From Terriglobia bacterium (GTDB taxonomy: Bacteria > Acidobacteriota > Terriglobia > JAJPHL01 > JAPKYU01): 64,000 nucleotides of DNA. How positions within the stretch are numbered: the first letter of the stretch is position 1; every line of letters starts with the position of its first letter. The translations under genes and the position numbers were made by a program. The notes under the pieces are model-generated. The model saw only the letters and a list, made by a program, of their open reading frames with translations, was not told the origin of the DNA and ran no database searches. Below, in pieces: positions 1-8,271 of this stretch. Location: assembly GCA_965223005.1 (NCBI GenBank), contig CBDCVK010000002.1:81431-145430 (forward strand), in the 5' to 3' direction.

Positions 1-2802
1 CTGGAACGAGTGGAAGGTTGAGTTTCCGATGCCGACCGCGTCAAAATTGTCCCCTCCGATATCCCCAACGGTCCCGACAATGGCGTACTGTGGGTAGGGC
101 CGCAAGGACTGGCCCAGGGTGCCCGTGAATCCTGCGTAGGGAGGCGAGAAGCCCTCCGCCGCCAGAAGAGCAGCGTCGTCTGTAAAGTTCCGGCCGAGCA
201 GGGGACCCAGCCCGAGGAAGCTCGGATTGAGCTGGTTTTGAGCAAACATCCCGCTGTTCAGCCGGGTTCCCTTGTTGGCCACATAGGCGAGGTCAATGAG
301 CCAGTTGCCGGGCAACTGATGCTGAATATTGAAGGTCCATTCCTGCCTGTAGGGCTTACGGTGGGTATCGTGGAACTCCCAGGCGCGGCTGCCATTGGCG
401 AAGGCCGGATCGATAAACGGAGGCCGAAAATAGGTTGGAAACCCCACCGCACCCCAATTGAAGGCCGCCGTGAGGCCGTTATCGGGCGATATGAGAGTGG
501 GCGAGGCCTCAAAGCCTAGCCCCGAGCGCCGCATGTTCCCAGCCTGGTCGATCAGAGTGCCAAAGTAGTTGAGCCCGTATCCGACACGCACTACCGTGTT
601 CGGCAAAACCCTCCAGGCGAGGCCGAGGCGCGGAGCAAAGTTGGTGTAAGACACCTGGTCCGCGCCGAGAATACGGCTCTTTCCAGTGCGGCCCGCGCCA
701 TCACCAGCAAAGATCAGCGCACCAGGCCGTCCGCCGGCGCCGGGATTGGGCAGGTTGAGATCCAGGATCGACCAGTTATCATTCCTCTCCGTCATCGGGA
801 AGAACGCATCCCATCTCACACCCAGGTTCATAGTGAGGGTGGGGGTGATCTTGATGTCATCCTGGAAAAACAGTCCGAGAATTGAACTCCGGGCTTGCGA
901 TAGGTCGTTGGTAAACGCCGGGTCAAGCAGCCCACCACGGTCCACGTCGCCTAACAGGTAGCTCCCGAAATCAAAGCCCGTTTGGCCCGGGAACGCAGGA
1001 TGCGAAGTCTCGGTCCGCGCGAACGCGAAGCGGCCGTTGGTGGGAGCCGAAAACTGATCCGTCTGGTTGTTGCGGTAGTCCATACCGATCTTCATGTTGT
1101 GCTTACCGCGAATCACAGTCAGGGTGTCGTTAAAAACGAACAGGTCCTGAAAGAACTTGGTCAGCGTATCGATCGAACCCCCCGAGCCGCTAATCTCAGC
1201 ATAGGAGCTGAATGTGATGTGGGGGAACGCGCCGTCATGAATGCCGGTGAAGGGCGCCTGGCCCTGTGGGCCCCGGGTCGGGAACCCCAGCCTGTCAGCC
1301 CACCCATCGCCATGGCCCAGGACCTGGAACGATTCAAACTGCCGATTGTAGCCGCCCGACAAACGATTGGTCACCGTCGGCGTGATCATGATGTCCCAGG
1401 CAGAGCGGAAGTGGCCCTCGTTGAGACCCCCCCGCGTCGACCTGCCGTGCGGGAAGGGGATGGCATGCAGGGATAACCTGGGGTTGGGATGGTAGTTGAT
1501 CATAATGTAGAAATTCTGCCGATCAGTAATCCGGAAATCTGCTCGCGTGGTCCATTTCAAGTTCTTAGCCTTCGGCGAGCTTGTAGACAGATAATTATTG
1601 AAGTCGCCTGGGCCTGTCGGAGCGGCCAGAAAAGCATTGATGTTCTTCGATACTTGACTGATCCGGTCCGATGGGATGATGTTTCCCGGGAACGGGTCGC
1701 GCGTGAACCCGCCTAGCCCGTCGTCGCGGGTGGTTGCCGGATCAAAGACCTGGTTCGCCCGGATGCCAGGCGCGACCTCAGCACCCAGCAGCGAAGAAAG
1801 ATCGCCGCTCTTGACGGCGGCAGTCGGCACCGAAAGAAAGTCGCTGCCTCCCTCATCACTGCGTCGGAACCAGTTGATATTGACAAAGCCGAAGAGCCGA
1901 TCCTTGATGACAGGGCCACCCGCACTCAGTCCAAACTCGTTCCAGCGCCGCTTCGGGGCCCTTGGTTGGGTGAAACCGCTCGCGTCGAGGTAGTCGTTGC
2001 GCCAGAAATAATACAGGTTGCCGTGAAGCTCATTGGTTCCGGACTTTGTGACGAATTTTGCCGTACCACCACCGGAGTTGGTCTCCGCCGAGGCGGTGCT
2101 GGACGAAAGCGAGGCTTCCTGAACTGCTTCCGGCGCCATGCTCAATTCATTGGTGCTTTGCATCGCACCCGGCCCCACATGCAACGTCAGGCCGTCCAGG
2201 TTCTGTTCCAGCGACCCAAACTGGCCACCATTGATTCTCTGGTAGAAGGTAGAGCCGGGATTGCTTCGGACATCACCCTCAGGTCTATACGCGCCGCCCG
2301 CAGAGGCGCCCGGCGCCAGGAAAATGAAACTTATCGGCCGCCGGCCGCTGCCCCCAACCTCAATCGGGAGATCGGTCAACACGACTTGAGGAAGGACGGT
2401 CCCGACCTCGGTGGTCTCGGTTCGCAGTTGTGGCGCCGCCGCCGTCACCTCCACGCTTTCGGCCACCGCGCCCAGTTCCAGCGTGAAGTCTAAGCCCACC
2501 ACAGCACCCACATTGACTTCGACACCGTCTGCCACTGCGCGCTTGAAGCCGGTCAGCTCCACCGACACGACGTAGGTCCCCGGCACGAGTTGCGCAACGT
2601 TGTAAAGGCCGGAGCCGCTCGTCGATGTAGCCGTATCGGCGCCTGTGCCCGTGTTGGTGACTGTGACTGTGGCTCCGGGGACTGCCGCTCCCGTGGGATC
2701 GAGCACCGTTCCCCGAATTATTCCGCGATCGCCCTGGGCCTGCAAGTTCAGCGCGAATGCCAGCACGAAAACCAAAACACTGATGGCGAGTTTCTTCGTC
2801 AT
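1..2802 (-). CDS. TonB-dependent outer-membrane receptor with N-terminal carboxypeptidase-regulatory-like domain. The C-terminal end runs off the window.
   Basis: Absent from the ORF track because there is no stop inside the window. Manual reverse-complement translation from ATG at 2802-2800 gives MTKKLAISVLVFVLAFALNLQAQGDRGIIRGTVLDPTGAAVPGATVTVTNTGTGADTATSTSGSGLYNVAQLVP..., i.e. a signal peptide plus a CarboxypepD_reg-like beta-sandwich. The same frame is still open at bases 120-1 (..TLGQSLRPYPQYAIVGTVGDIGGDNFDAVGIGNSTFHSFQ). Plus-strand ORFs here are short shadow ORFs. Confidence 0.75.
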   Translation of the reverse strand, partial: MTKKLAISVLVFVLAFALNLQAQGDRGIIRGTVLDPTGAAVPGATVTVTNTGTGADTATSTSGSGLYNVAQLVPGTYVVSVELTGFKRAVADGVEVNVGAVVGLDFTLELGAVAESVEVTAAAPQLRTETTEVGTVLPQVVLTDLPIEVGGSGRRPISFIFLAPGASAGGAYRPEGDVRSNPGSTFYQRINGGQFGSLEQNLDGLTLHVGPGAMQSTNELSMAPEAVQEASLSSSTASAETNSGGGTAKFVTKSGTNELHGNLYYFWRNDYLDASGFTQPRAPKRRWNEFGLSAGGPVIKDRLFGFVNINWFRRSDEGGSDFLSVPTAAVKSGDLSSLLGAEVAPGIRANQVFDPATTRDDGLGGFTRDPFPGNIIPSDRISQVSKNINAFLAAPTGPGDFNNYLSTSSPKAKNLKWTTRADFRITDRQNFYIMINYHPNPRLSLHAIPFPHGRSTRGGLNEGHFRSAWDIMITPTVTNRLSGGYNRQFESFQVLGHGDGWADRLGFPTRGPQGQAPFTGIHDGAFPHITFSSYAEISGSGGSIDTLTKFFQDLFVFNDTLTVIRGKHNMKIGMDYRNNQTDQFSAPTNGRFAFARTETSHPAFPGQTGFDFGSYLLGDVDRGGLLDPAFTNDLSQARSSILGLFFQDDIKITPTLTMNLGVRWDAFFPMTERNDNWSILDLNLPNPGAGGRPGALIFAGDGAGRTGKSRILGADQVSYTNFAPRLGLAWRVLPNTVVRVGYGLNYFGTLIDQAGNMRRSGLGFEASPTLISPDNGLTAAFNWGAVGFPTYFRPPFIDPAFANGSRAWEFHDTHRKPYRQEWTFNIQHQLPGNWLIDLAYVANKGTRLNSGMFAQNQLNPSFLGLGPLLGRNFTDDAALLAAEGFSPPYAGFTGTLGQSLRPYPQYAIVGTVGDIGGDNFDAVGIGNSTFHSFQ

Positions 2803-3030
2803 GACCTTCTTCTCATCCTCTTTTGGCGTTAAGTTCAAATATTGCTACACCACCTGACCGCGCGAGTATGGTAGGGGAGCCATGTTTTCACTGTCAAGTG
2901 TTTTTTCTTAAGTGTTCTGGAGCCTTCAGTACCACCATCTGGCAATGCCCCGGCGCTCTCACGCACACCGCTACCAAAGCATTTACTTTAAGTTGCTTAA
3001 GTCTACATCAAGACTACTCCTCAGGTCAGG

Positions 3031-4530
3031 CTATCGCCCCAGGACCTTTTCCCGGATCACGAGCGCGCGGTGGAACAGCGGCTCGGCGTCGCCATATTTA
3101 CCTTGCTTGCGGTAGATCTCGGCCAAGCCGTCAAGGCTGCTCGCCACGTCGGGATGCTCCGGCCCCAGAGCCTTCTCCCGGATCGCCAGCGCGCGCTTGA
3201 AGATTGGTTCGGCTGCCGCGTAGTTGCCTTGGATGTTATAAAGCTCCGCTAGGTTGTTGAGGCTCCGGGCCACGTCGGGATGCTCCGGTCCCAGAAGCTT
3301 CTCCTGGATCGCCAGCGAGCGTTTCAAGAGCGGTTCGGCTTCGGCGTAGTTACCCTGGACGCGGCAAAGCTTCGCCAGGTTGTTGAGGCTCGTGGCTACC
3401 TTGGGATGTTCCGGTCCCAGAACCTTCTCCTGGATCGCCAGCAAGCGTTTCAAGATTGGTTCGGCCGCGGCGTAGTTGCCCTGGGAGCGGTAAAACTCCT
3501 CCAGATTGTTGAGGCTCTGAGCTATGTCGGGATGCTCCGGCTCCAGAACCTTCTCCCGGATCACCAGCGCGCGCTTCAAGAGCGGTTCCGCTTCCGGGTG
3601 GTTGTCTTGGTTGCGGTAAAGCCGTGCCAGGCTGTTGAGGGTCTGGGCCACGTCGGGATGCTCCCGCCCCAGAGTCTTCTCCTGGATCGCCAGTAAGCGC
3701 TTGTAGAGCGGTTCGGCTGCCGCGTAGTTGCCTTGGCTGACGTGCAGCTCCGCCAAGTTGTTGAGGCTCGTGGCCACATCGGGATGCTCCGGCCCTAGAA
3801 CCCTTTCTCGGATCGCCAGCGAGCGCTTGTAGAGCGGTTCGCCAGCGGCGTGGTTGCCCTGGGCGCGGTATAGCTCCGCTAGGTTGTTGAGACTCCTGGC
3901 CACATCGGGATGTTCCGGCCCCAGAACCTTCTCTTGGATCGCCAGTGAACGCCTGAAGAGCGGTTCGGCTGCGACGTAGTTGGCCTGAGTGTTGTAAAGC
4001 GCCGCCAGGTTGTTGAGACTGGTGGCTACGTTGGGATGCTCCGGTCCCAGAACCTCCTTCTGGATCGCCAGCGAGCGTTCAAAGAGGGGTTCAGCTGCTG
4101 CGTAGTTGTCCTGGGTGTGGTAAAGCACCGCCAGGCTGCTAAGACTCGTGGCTACATCGGGATGCTCCGGCCCCAGAACCTTCTCCCGGATCGCCAGCGA
4201 GCGCTTGAACAGCGATTCGGCTGCGGCGTAGTTGCCCTGGAGGCGGTAAAACTCCGCCAGGTTGTTGAGACTCGTGGCTACGCTGGGATGCTGCGGCCCC
4301 AGAACCTTCTCCTGGATCGCCAGCGCGCGCTTCAACAGCGGTTCGGCTTCCCCGTACTTGCCCTGGGCATGAAACAGCCCCGCCAGGCTGCTAAGACTCC
4401 TGGCCACCTCAGGATGCTCCGGCCCCAGAACCTCCTCCCGCATCGCCAGCGAGCGCTTCAACAGCGGTTCGGCTTCCGCGTACTTGCCCTGGGCGTGATA
4501 CAGCCCCGCCAGGTTATTCAGGCTCGTGGC
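3031..4530 (-). repeat. 126-bp (42-codon) tandem coding repeat array (TPR units)
   Basis: DNA motif ..gggatgctccggccccagaaccttctcc(t/c)ggatcgccagcg.. recurs every 126 bp. Confidence 0.8.
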
Positions 4531-4770
4531 CATGCGCGGATCCTCTGGCCGGAAGTCTTCCGCTTCTTTCAGGGCAGCTTTGAGCTGCTTTTCAGCCTCG
4601 GCGTATCGACCTTCCCGATAGGCCTTGGTAGCCGCCTCCATGTAGGTCTCCCAGTCCGGCGCCTGCGCCAAGGCGAAGTCTCCCGCCAAGGCCCACGCGG
4701 CGAGCGACAGCAAACCCACCAGCAACCAACCATTGTCCTTGCCGGCCATTGCGATCACTCTTCTCGTCAT
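3031..4770 (-). CDS. Secreted tetratricopeptide-repeat protein (about 12 units of 42 aa, TPR_12/kinesin-light-chain type). It is a 3-prime-truncated paralog of 8272..10449.
   Basis: 579-aa ORF. N-terminal hydrophobic signal WLLVGLLSLAAWALAGDFALAQA. Repeated unit ..AEPLxKRSLAIxEKVLGPEHPDVAxSLNNLAxLYxxQGNYA.. The protein ends inside a unit (..REKVLGR*). Confidence 0.9.
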   Translation of the reverse strand: MTRRVIAMAGKDNGWLLVGLLSLAAWALAGDFALAQAPDWETYMEAATKAYREGRYAEAEKQLKAALKEAEDFRPEDPRMATSLNNLAGLYHAQGKYAEAEPLLKRSLAMREEVLGPEHPEVARSLSSLAGLFHAQGKYGEAEPLLKRALAIQEKVLGPQHPSVATSLNNLAEFYRLQGNYAAAESLFKRSLAIREKVLGPEHPDVATSLSSLAVLYHTQDNYAAAEPLFERSLAIQKEVLGPEHPNVATSLNNLAALYNTQANYVAAEPLFRRSLAIQEKVLGPEHPDVARSLNNLAELYRAQGNHAAGEPLYKRSLAIRERVLGPEHPDVATSLNNLAELHVSQGNYAAAEPLYKRLLAIQEKTLGREHPDVAQTLNSLARLYRNQDNHPEAEPLLKRALVIREKVLEPEHPDIAQSLNNLEEFYRSQGNYAAAEPILKRLLAIQEKVLGPEHPKVATSLNNLAKLCRVQGNYAEAEPLLKRSLAIQEKLLGPEHPDVARSLNNLAELYNIQGNYAAAEPIFKRALAIREKALGPEHPDVASSLDGLAEIYRKQGKYGDAEPLFHRALVIREKVLGR

Positions 4771-4823
4771 CGGGCCTTACCTTGGGGAGAAGCCACTTCC
4801 AATCTCAATTAAGGACATCCCAG

Positions 4824-7800
4824 TCAATTGGAAGCTGGCTGTGGAGGGGCAGATTCGGTGCGCTCCGGCTCGCGCACCGTCAGGATCTGGTTGGGCTGGA
4901 CTCCCTCCAGCCGCTGCACCACTCCGCTGGGCCAGCGGATCTCCAGCAGGCGAATGGTCCGCTCACTCCCCAGGCCGAAGTGGACGCGCTTGTCGTTGGA
5001 GGACATGTAGCTGCCTGCGGTGCTCACAAAGGCGCGCTGCTCGCGTCCGGAGCCCGACACCAGGCGCAGCGCAGCCCCGATACCCTCCCGGTTGCTGCGC
5101 GTGCCCACCGTGTTCACCAGCAGCCAGTGGTTCTCCGGCGGGCTGGCGTTGCGCAGCACCAGCGCCGGACCGTCCAGGACACTGACGACGATATCCGGCC
5201 GGCCATCGTTGTTCAGGTCGCCGAAAGCCGCGCCACGGGCGGCCACCGGAACCTGGAAGGCCGGGCCCGCCTGCTGGGATACATCCTCAAAGCGGCCGCC
5301 CAGGTTGCGCATCAGCAGCAGCGGCTCCAGGTAGCTCGCGAAGGGCTGCTGCAAGTGGATGTTGTCCATCACGTGGCCCTGGGCCACCATCAAGTCCTTC
5401 CGGCCGTCATTGTCGAAATCGACGAACTTGGTGCCCCAACCGGAGTGCAACAGCGTGATGCGGGCGACCTCGGTGGGCCCTGAGGTGTACTCAAACGAGT
5501 CGCCATCGTTGCGGAACAGCGCATAGCGCTGGGCAGCCAGAGCATTGACGAAGATGTCGGGCCAGCCGTCATTGTCGTAGTCGCCGAAGTCAGTCCCCAT
5601 CCCGGCAAACGTTTTCCCGTCGTCGTCGTAAGCGAGGCCCAGCGGCAGGGCGGTTTCGGTGAAGGTGCCGTCGCCGTTGTTGCGGAAAAGCTGCTGGGGG
5701 AACGAGTCGTTGGCCACGAAAATATCGGGCCAGCCGTCGCGGTTGAAATCGTGTACCGCCACGCCCAGCCCTTTTCCGGGCGAGGCTTCCACCCCGGATG
5801 GCCCAGACGCATCGGTGAAGGTGCCGTCGCCATTGTTGCGGTAGAGCAGGTGGGAAATGGGCTTGAAATGGCGGGGGTGACAGTACCCGCGGTAGCCAGG
5901 TCTGCGATCCCCGCAGAACGGACTCAACTGGAAGTCCCAGACCACGTAGCGCGTGACGAACAGGTCCAGGTGGCCATCCCGGTCATAATCAAGGAAGGCG
6001 GCGCTGGCCGACCAGCCCCCGCCCTCTACGCCCGCCTGCTTTGTCACGTCGCGAAAGGTGCCGTCGCCGTTGTTGTGGTACAGGATGTTGTTCCCGTAAT
6101 TGGTGACGTACAGGTCCGCATGCCCGTCGTTGTCATAGTCGCCCGCCACCGCCCCCATCCCGTAGGAATGCCCCGCCACGCCCGCTTCCTCCGTGACATC
6201 GGTGAAGGTTCCGTCTCCGTCGTTGCGGTACAGCCGGTTCCAATAGCGCGGCTCGGATTTGTCGGGCTGGCCGCCTTCCGGCATCGGGTCCGCCAGCGCC
6301 GCCCCGTTCACCAGGAACAGGTCCAGCAGCCCGTCGGCGTCGAAATCCAGCATCGCCACGCCGCCCACCATCGATTCCATCAGGTACTTCTCAGAGGTCT
6401 TGCTGTTCGCGGTCTTGAAGTTGACGCCCGAGCGGGCCGTGTCATCCACAAAGGCGATCAGGGGAGCCGTGGAGGCGGGCCTGGACTGCGGCCCGGCCCT
6501 CACCGCCTCCAGAACCTTCTCCCGAGTCGCTCGCAAGCGCTTGAAGAGCAGCTCGGCTGCCGCGTCGTTGCCTTGGGCACGGTAAAGCCGTGCCAGGCTG
6601 TTGAGGGTCTGGGCCGCATCGGGATGCTCCAGCCCCAGGGTTTTCTCCCGGATCGCCAGCAAACGCTTGTAGAGTGGTTCGGCTGCCGCGTAGTTGCCTT
6701 GGATGTGGTAAAGCTCCGCCAGGCTGTTAAGACTCGAGACCGCATCGGGATGCTCCGGCCCCAGGGTTTTCTCCCGGATCGCCAGCGCGCGCTTGTAGAG
6801 CGGTTCGGCTGCCGCGTAATTGCCCGGGCCGCGGTAAATCCCCGCCAGGTTGTTGAGGCTCATGGCCACGTCGGGATGCTCCGGCCCCAGAGCCTTTTCC
6901 TGGATCGCCAGCGCGCGCCTCAAAAAAGGTTCGGCTGCGATGTAGTTGGCCTGGGTGTTGTAAAGCCCCCCCAGGTTGCTAAGACTCGTGGCTACGCTGG
7001 GATGCTCCGGTCCCAGAACCTTCTCCTGGATCGCCAGCGCGCGCTTGTAGAGCGGTTCGGCCGTCGCGTAGTTGGCCTGGACGCGATAAACCTCCGCCAG
7101 GTTATTGAGGCTCGTGGCCACCGCCGGATGCACCGGCCCCAGAACCTTCTCCTGGATCGCCAGCGCGCGCTTGTAGAGCGGTTCGGCTGCCGCGTAGTTT
7201 TGCTGGGCGCGGTAAATCCCCGCCAGGTTGTTGAGGCTCCTTGCCACATCGGGATGCTGCGGCCCCAGAACCTCCTCCTGGATCGCCAGCGCGCGCTTGT
7301 AGAGCGGTTCGGCTGCGACGTAGTTGGCCTGGGCGTGGTAAAGCGCCGCCAGATTGTTAAGACTCGTGGCTACGCTGGGATGCTCCGGTCCCAGAACCTT
7401 CTCCTGGATCGTCAGCGCGCGCTTGAAGAGCGGTTCGGCTTCGGCGTAGTTGCCCTGGGCGTGGTAAAGCGCCGCCAGGCTGCTCAGACTCGTGGCCACA
7501 TTGGGATGCTCTGGTCCCAGAACCTTCTCCCGCATCGCCAGCGAACGCTTGAAGAGCGGTTCGGCTGCCGCGCGGTTGCCCTGGGCGCGGTAAAGCTCCG
7601 CCAGGTTGTTGAGACTGGTGGCTACGTTGGGATGCTCCGGCCCCAGAGCCTTCTCCTGGATCGCCAGCGCGCGCTTGTAGAGCGGTTCGGCTTCGATGTA
7701 GTTGCCCTGGGCGTGATACAGCCCCGCCAAGTTGTTCAGGCTCCTGGCCACCTCCGGATGCACTGGCCCCAGAATCTTCTCCCGCATCGCCAGCGAGCGC

Positions 7801-8114
7801 TTCAAGAGTGGTTCGGCTTCCGCGTACTTGCCCTGGGCATGATACAGCCCCCCTAGGTTGTTCAGGCTCGTGGCCACGCGCGGATCCTCTGGCCTAAAAT
7901 TTTCTGCTTCCTTGAGGGCAGCTTTGAGCTGCTTTTCGGCCTCGGCGTAACGACCTTCCCGATAGGCCTTAGTAGCTGCCTCCATGTAGGTCTCCCAGTC
8001 CGGCGCCTGCGCCGAGGCGAAGTCTCCCACGAGGGCCCACACGGCGAGCGACAGCAAACCCACTAGCAACCAAGCATTCTCCTTGCCGGCCATTGCGATC
8101 ACTCTTCTCGTCAT
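4824..8114 (-). CDS. Fusion protein: N-terminal TPR array plus C-terminal CRTAC1-family module (FG-GAP/VCBS repeats and an ASPIC/UnbV domain)
   Basis: 1096-aa ORF. Residues 1 to about 560 are 42-aa TPR units with the same leader as the other two TPR genes. The C-terminal half has repeated DxDxDGxxD FG-GAP-type calcium motifs (DFDADGLLDLFLVNG, DYDNDGHADLYVTNY, DYDRDGHLDLFVTRY, DFNRDGWPDIFVAND, DYDNDGWPDIFVN, DFDNDGRKDLMV, DLNNDGRPDIVV). Its tail is ASPIC/UnbV-like: NHWLLVNTVGTRSNREGIGAALRLVSG..REQRAFVSTAGSYMSSNDKRVHFGLG..IRLLEIRWPSGVVQ. Confidence 0.88.
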   Translation of the reverse strand: MTRRVIAMAGKENAWLLVGLLSLAVWALVGDFASAQAPDWETYMEAATKAYREGRYAEAEKQLKAALKEAENFRPEDPRVATSLNNLGGLYHAQGKYAEAEPLLKRSLAMREKILGPVHPEVARSLNNLAGLYHAQGNYIEAEPLYKRALAIQEKALGPEHPNVATSLNNLAELYRAQGNRAAAEPLFKRSLAMREKVLGPEHPNVATSLSSLAALYHAQGNYAEAEPLFKRALTIQEKVLGPEHPSVATSLNNLAALYHAQANYVAAEPLYKRALAIQEEVLGPQHPDVARSLNNLAGIYRAQQNYAAAEPLYKRALAIQEKVLGPVHPAVATSLNNLAEVYRVQANYATAEPLYKRALAIQEKVLGPEHPSVATSLSNLGGLYNTQANYIAAEPFLRRALAIQEKALGPEHPDVAMSLNNLAGIYRGPGNYAAAEPLYKRALAIREKTLGPEHPDAVSSLNSLAELYHIQGNYAAAEPLYKRLLAIREKTLGLEHPDAAQTLNSLARLYRAQGNDAAAELLFKRLRATREKVLEAVRAGPQSRPASTAPLIAFVDDTARSGVNFKTANSKTSEKYLMESMVGGVAMLDFDADGLLDLFLVNGAALADPMPEGGQPDKSEPRYWNRLYRNDGDGTFTDVTEEAGVAGHSYGMGAVAGDYDNDGHADLYVTNYGNNILYHNNGDGTFRDVTKQAGVEGGGWSASAAFLDYDRDGHLDLFVTRYVVWDFQLSPFCGDRRPGYRGYCHPRHFKPISHLLYRNNGDGTFTDASGPSGVEASPGKGLGVAVHDFNRDGWPDIFVANDSFPQQLFRNNGDGTFTETALPLGLAYDDDGKTFAGMGTDFGDYDNDGWPDIFVNALAAQRYALFRNDGDSFEYTSGPTEVARITLLHSGWGTKFVDFDNDGRKDLMVAQGHVMDNIHLQQPFASYLEPLLLMRNLGGRFEDVSQQAGPAFQVPVAARGAAFGDLNNDGRPDIVVSVLDGPALVLRNASPPENHWLLVNTVGTRSNREGIGAALRLVSGSGREQRAFVSTAGSYMSSNDKRVHFGLGSERTIRLLEIRWPSGVVQRLEGVQPNQILTVREPERTESAPPQPASN
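6511..7874 (-). repeat. 126-bp tandem coding repeat array (TPR units)
   Basis: Same 126-bp periodic motif as 3031-4530. Coordinates are approximate. Confidence 0.75.
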
Positions 8115-8271
8115 CGGGCCTTACCTTCGCGGACACACAGCGGACAAGCAAACGAGGACAGATCTCGGATCCCTGCGGCGAATCTGCTCCTCAACGCTAC
8201 TATGGATGAGCTTTTGGCAAAGGACAACAGGCTAGGAAATCATGGCCTCGGAGACCTGCTTTGCAGATAGC

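Noticed and set aside
238-2493. Plus-strand ORFs 238-519, 686-961, 982-1476, 1676-1993 and 1966-2493.
   Set aside because: One continuous minus-strand frame (the TonB-dependent receptor) spans the whole interval and translates into a recognisable protein.
5751-7856. Long plus-strand ORF of 701 aa. Similar cases are 4036-4812, 8242-9075, 9313-9729 and 9841-10464, all opposite the TPR genes.
   Set aside because: These are antisense shadow ORFs of the repetitive high-GC TPR coding sequence. Their products are low-complexity arginine/leucine-rich repeats (..MLRPQNLLLDRQRALxERFG..) that mirror the TPR period.
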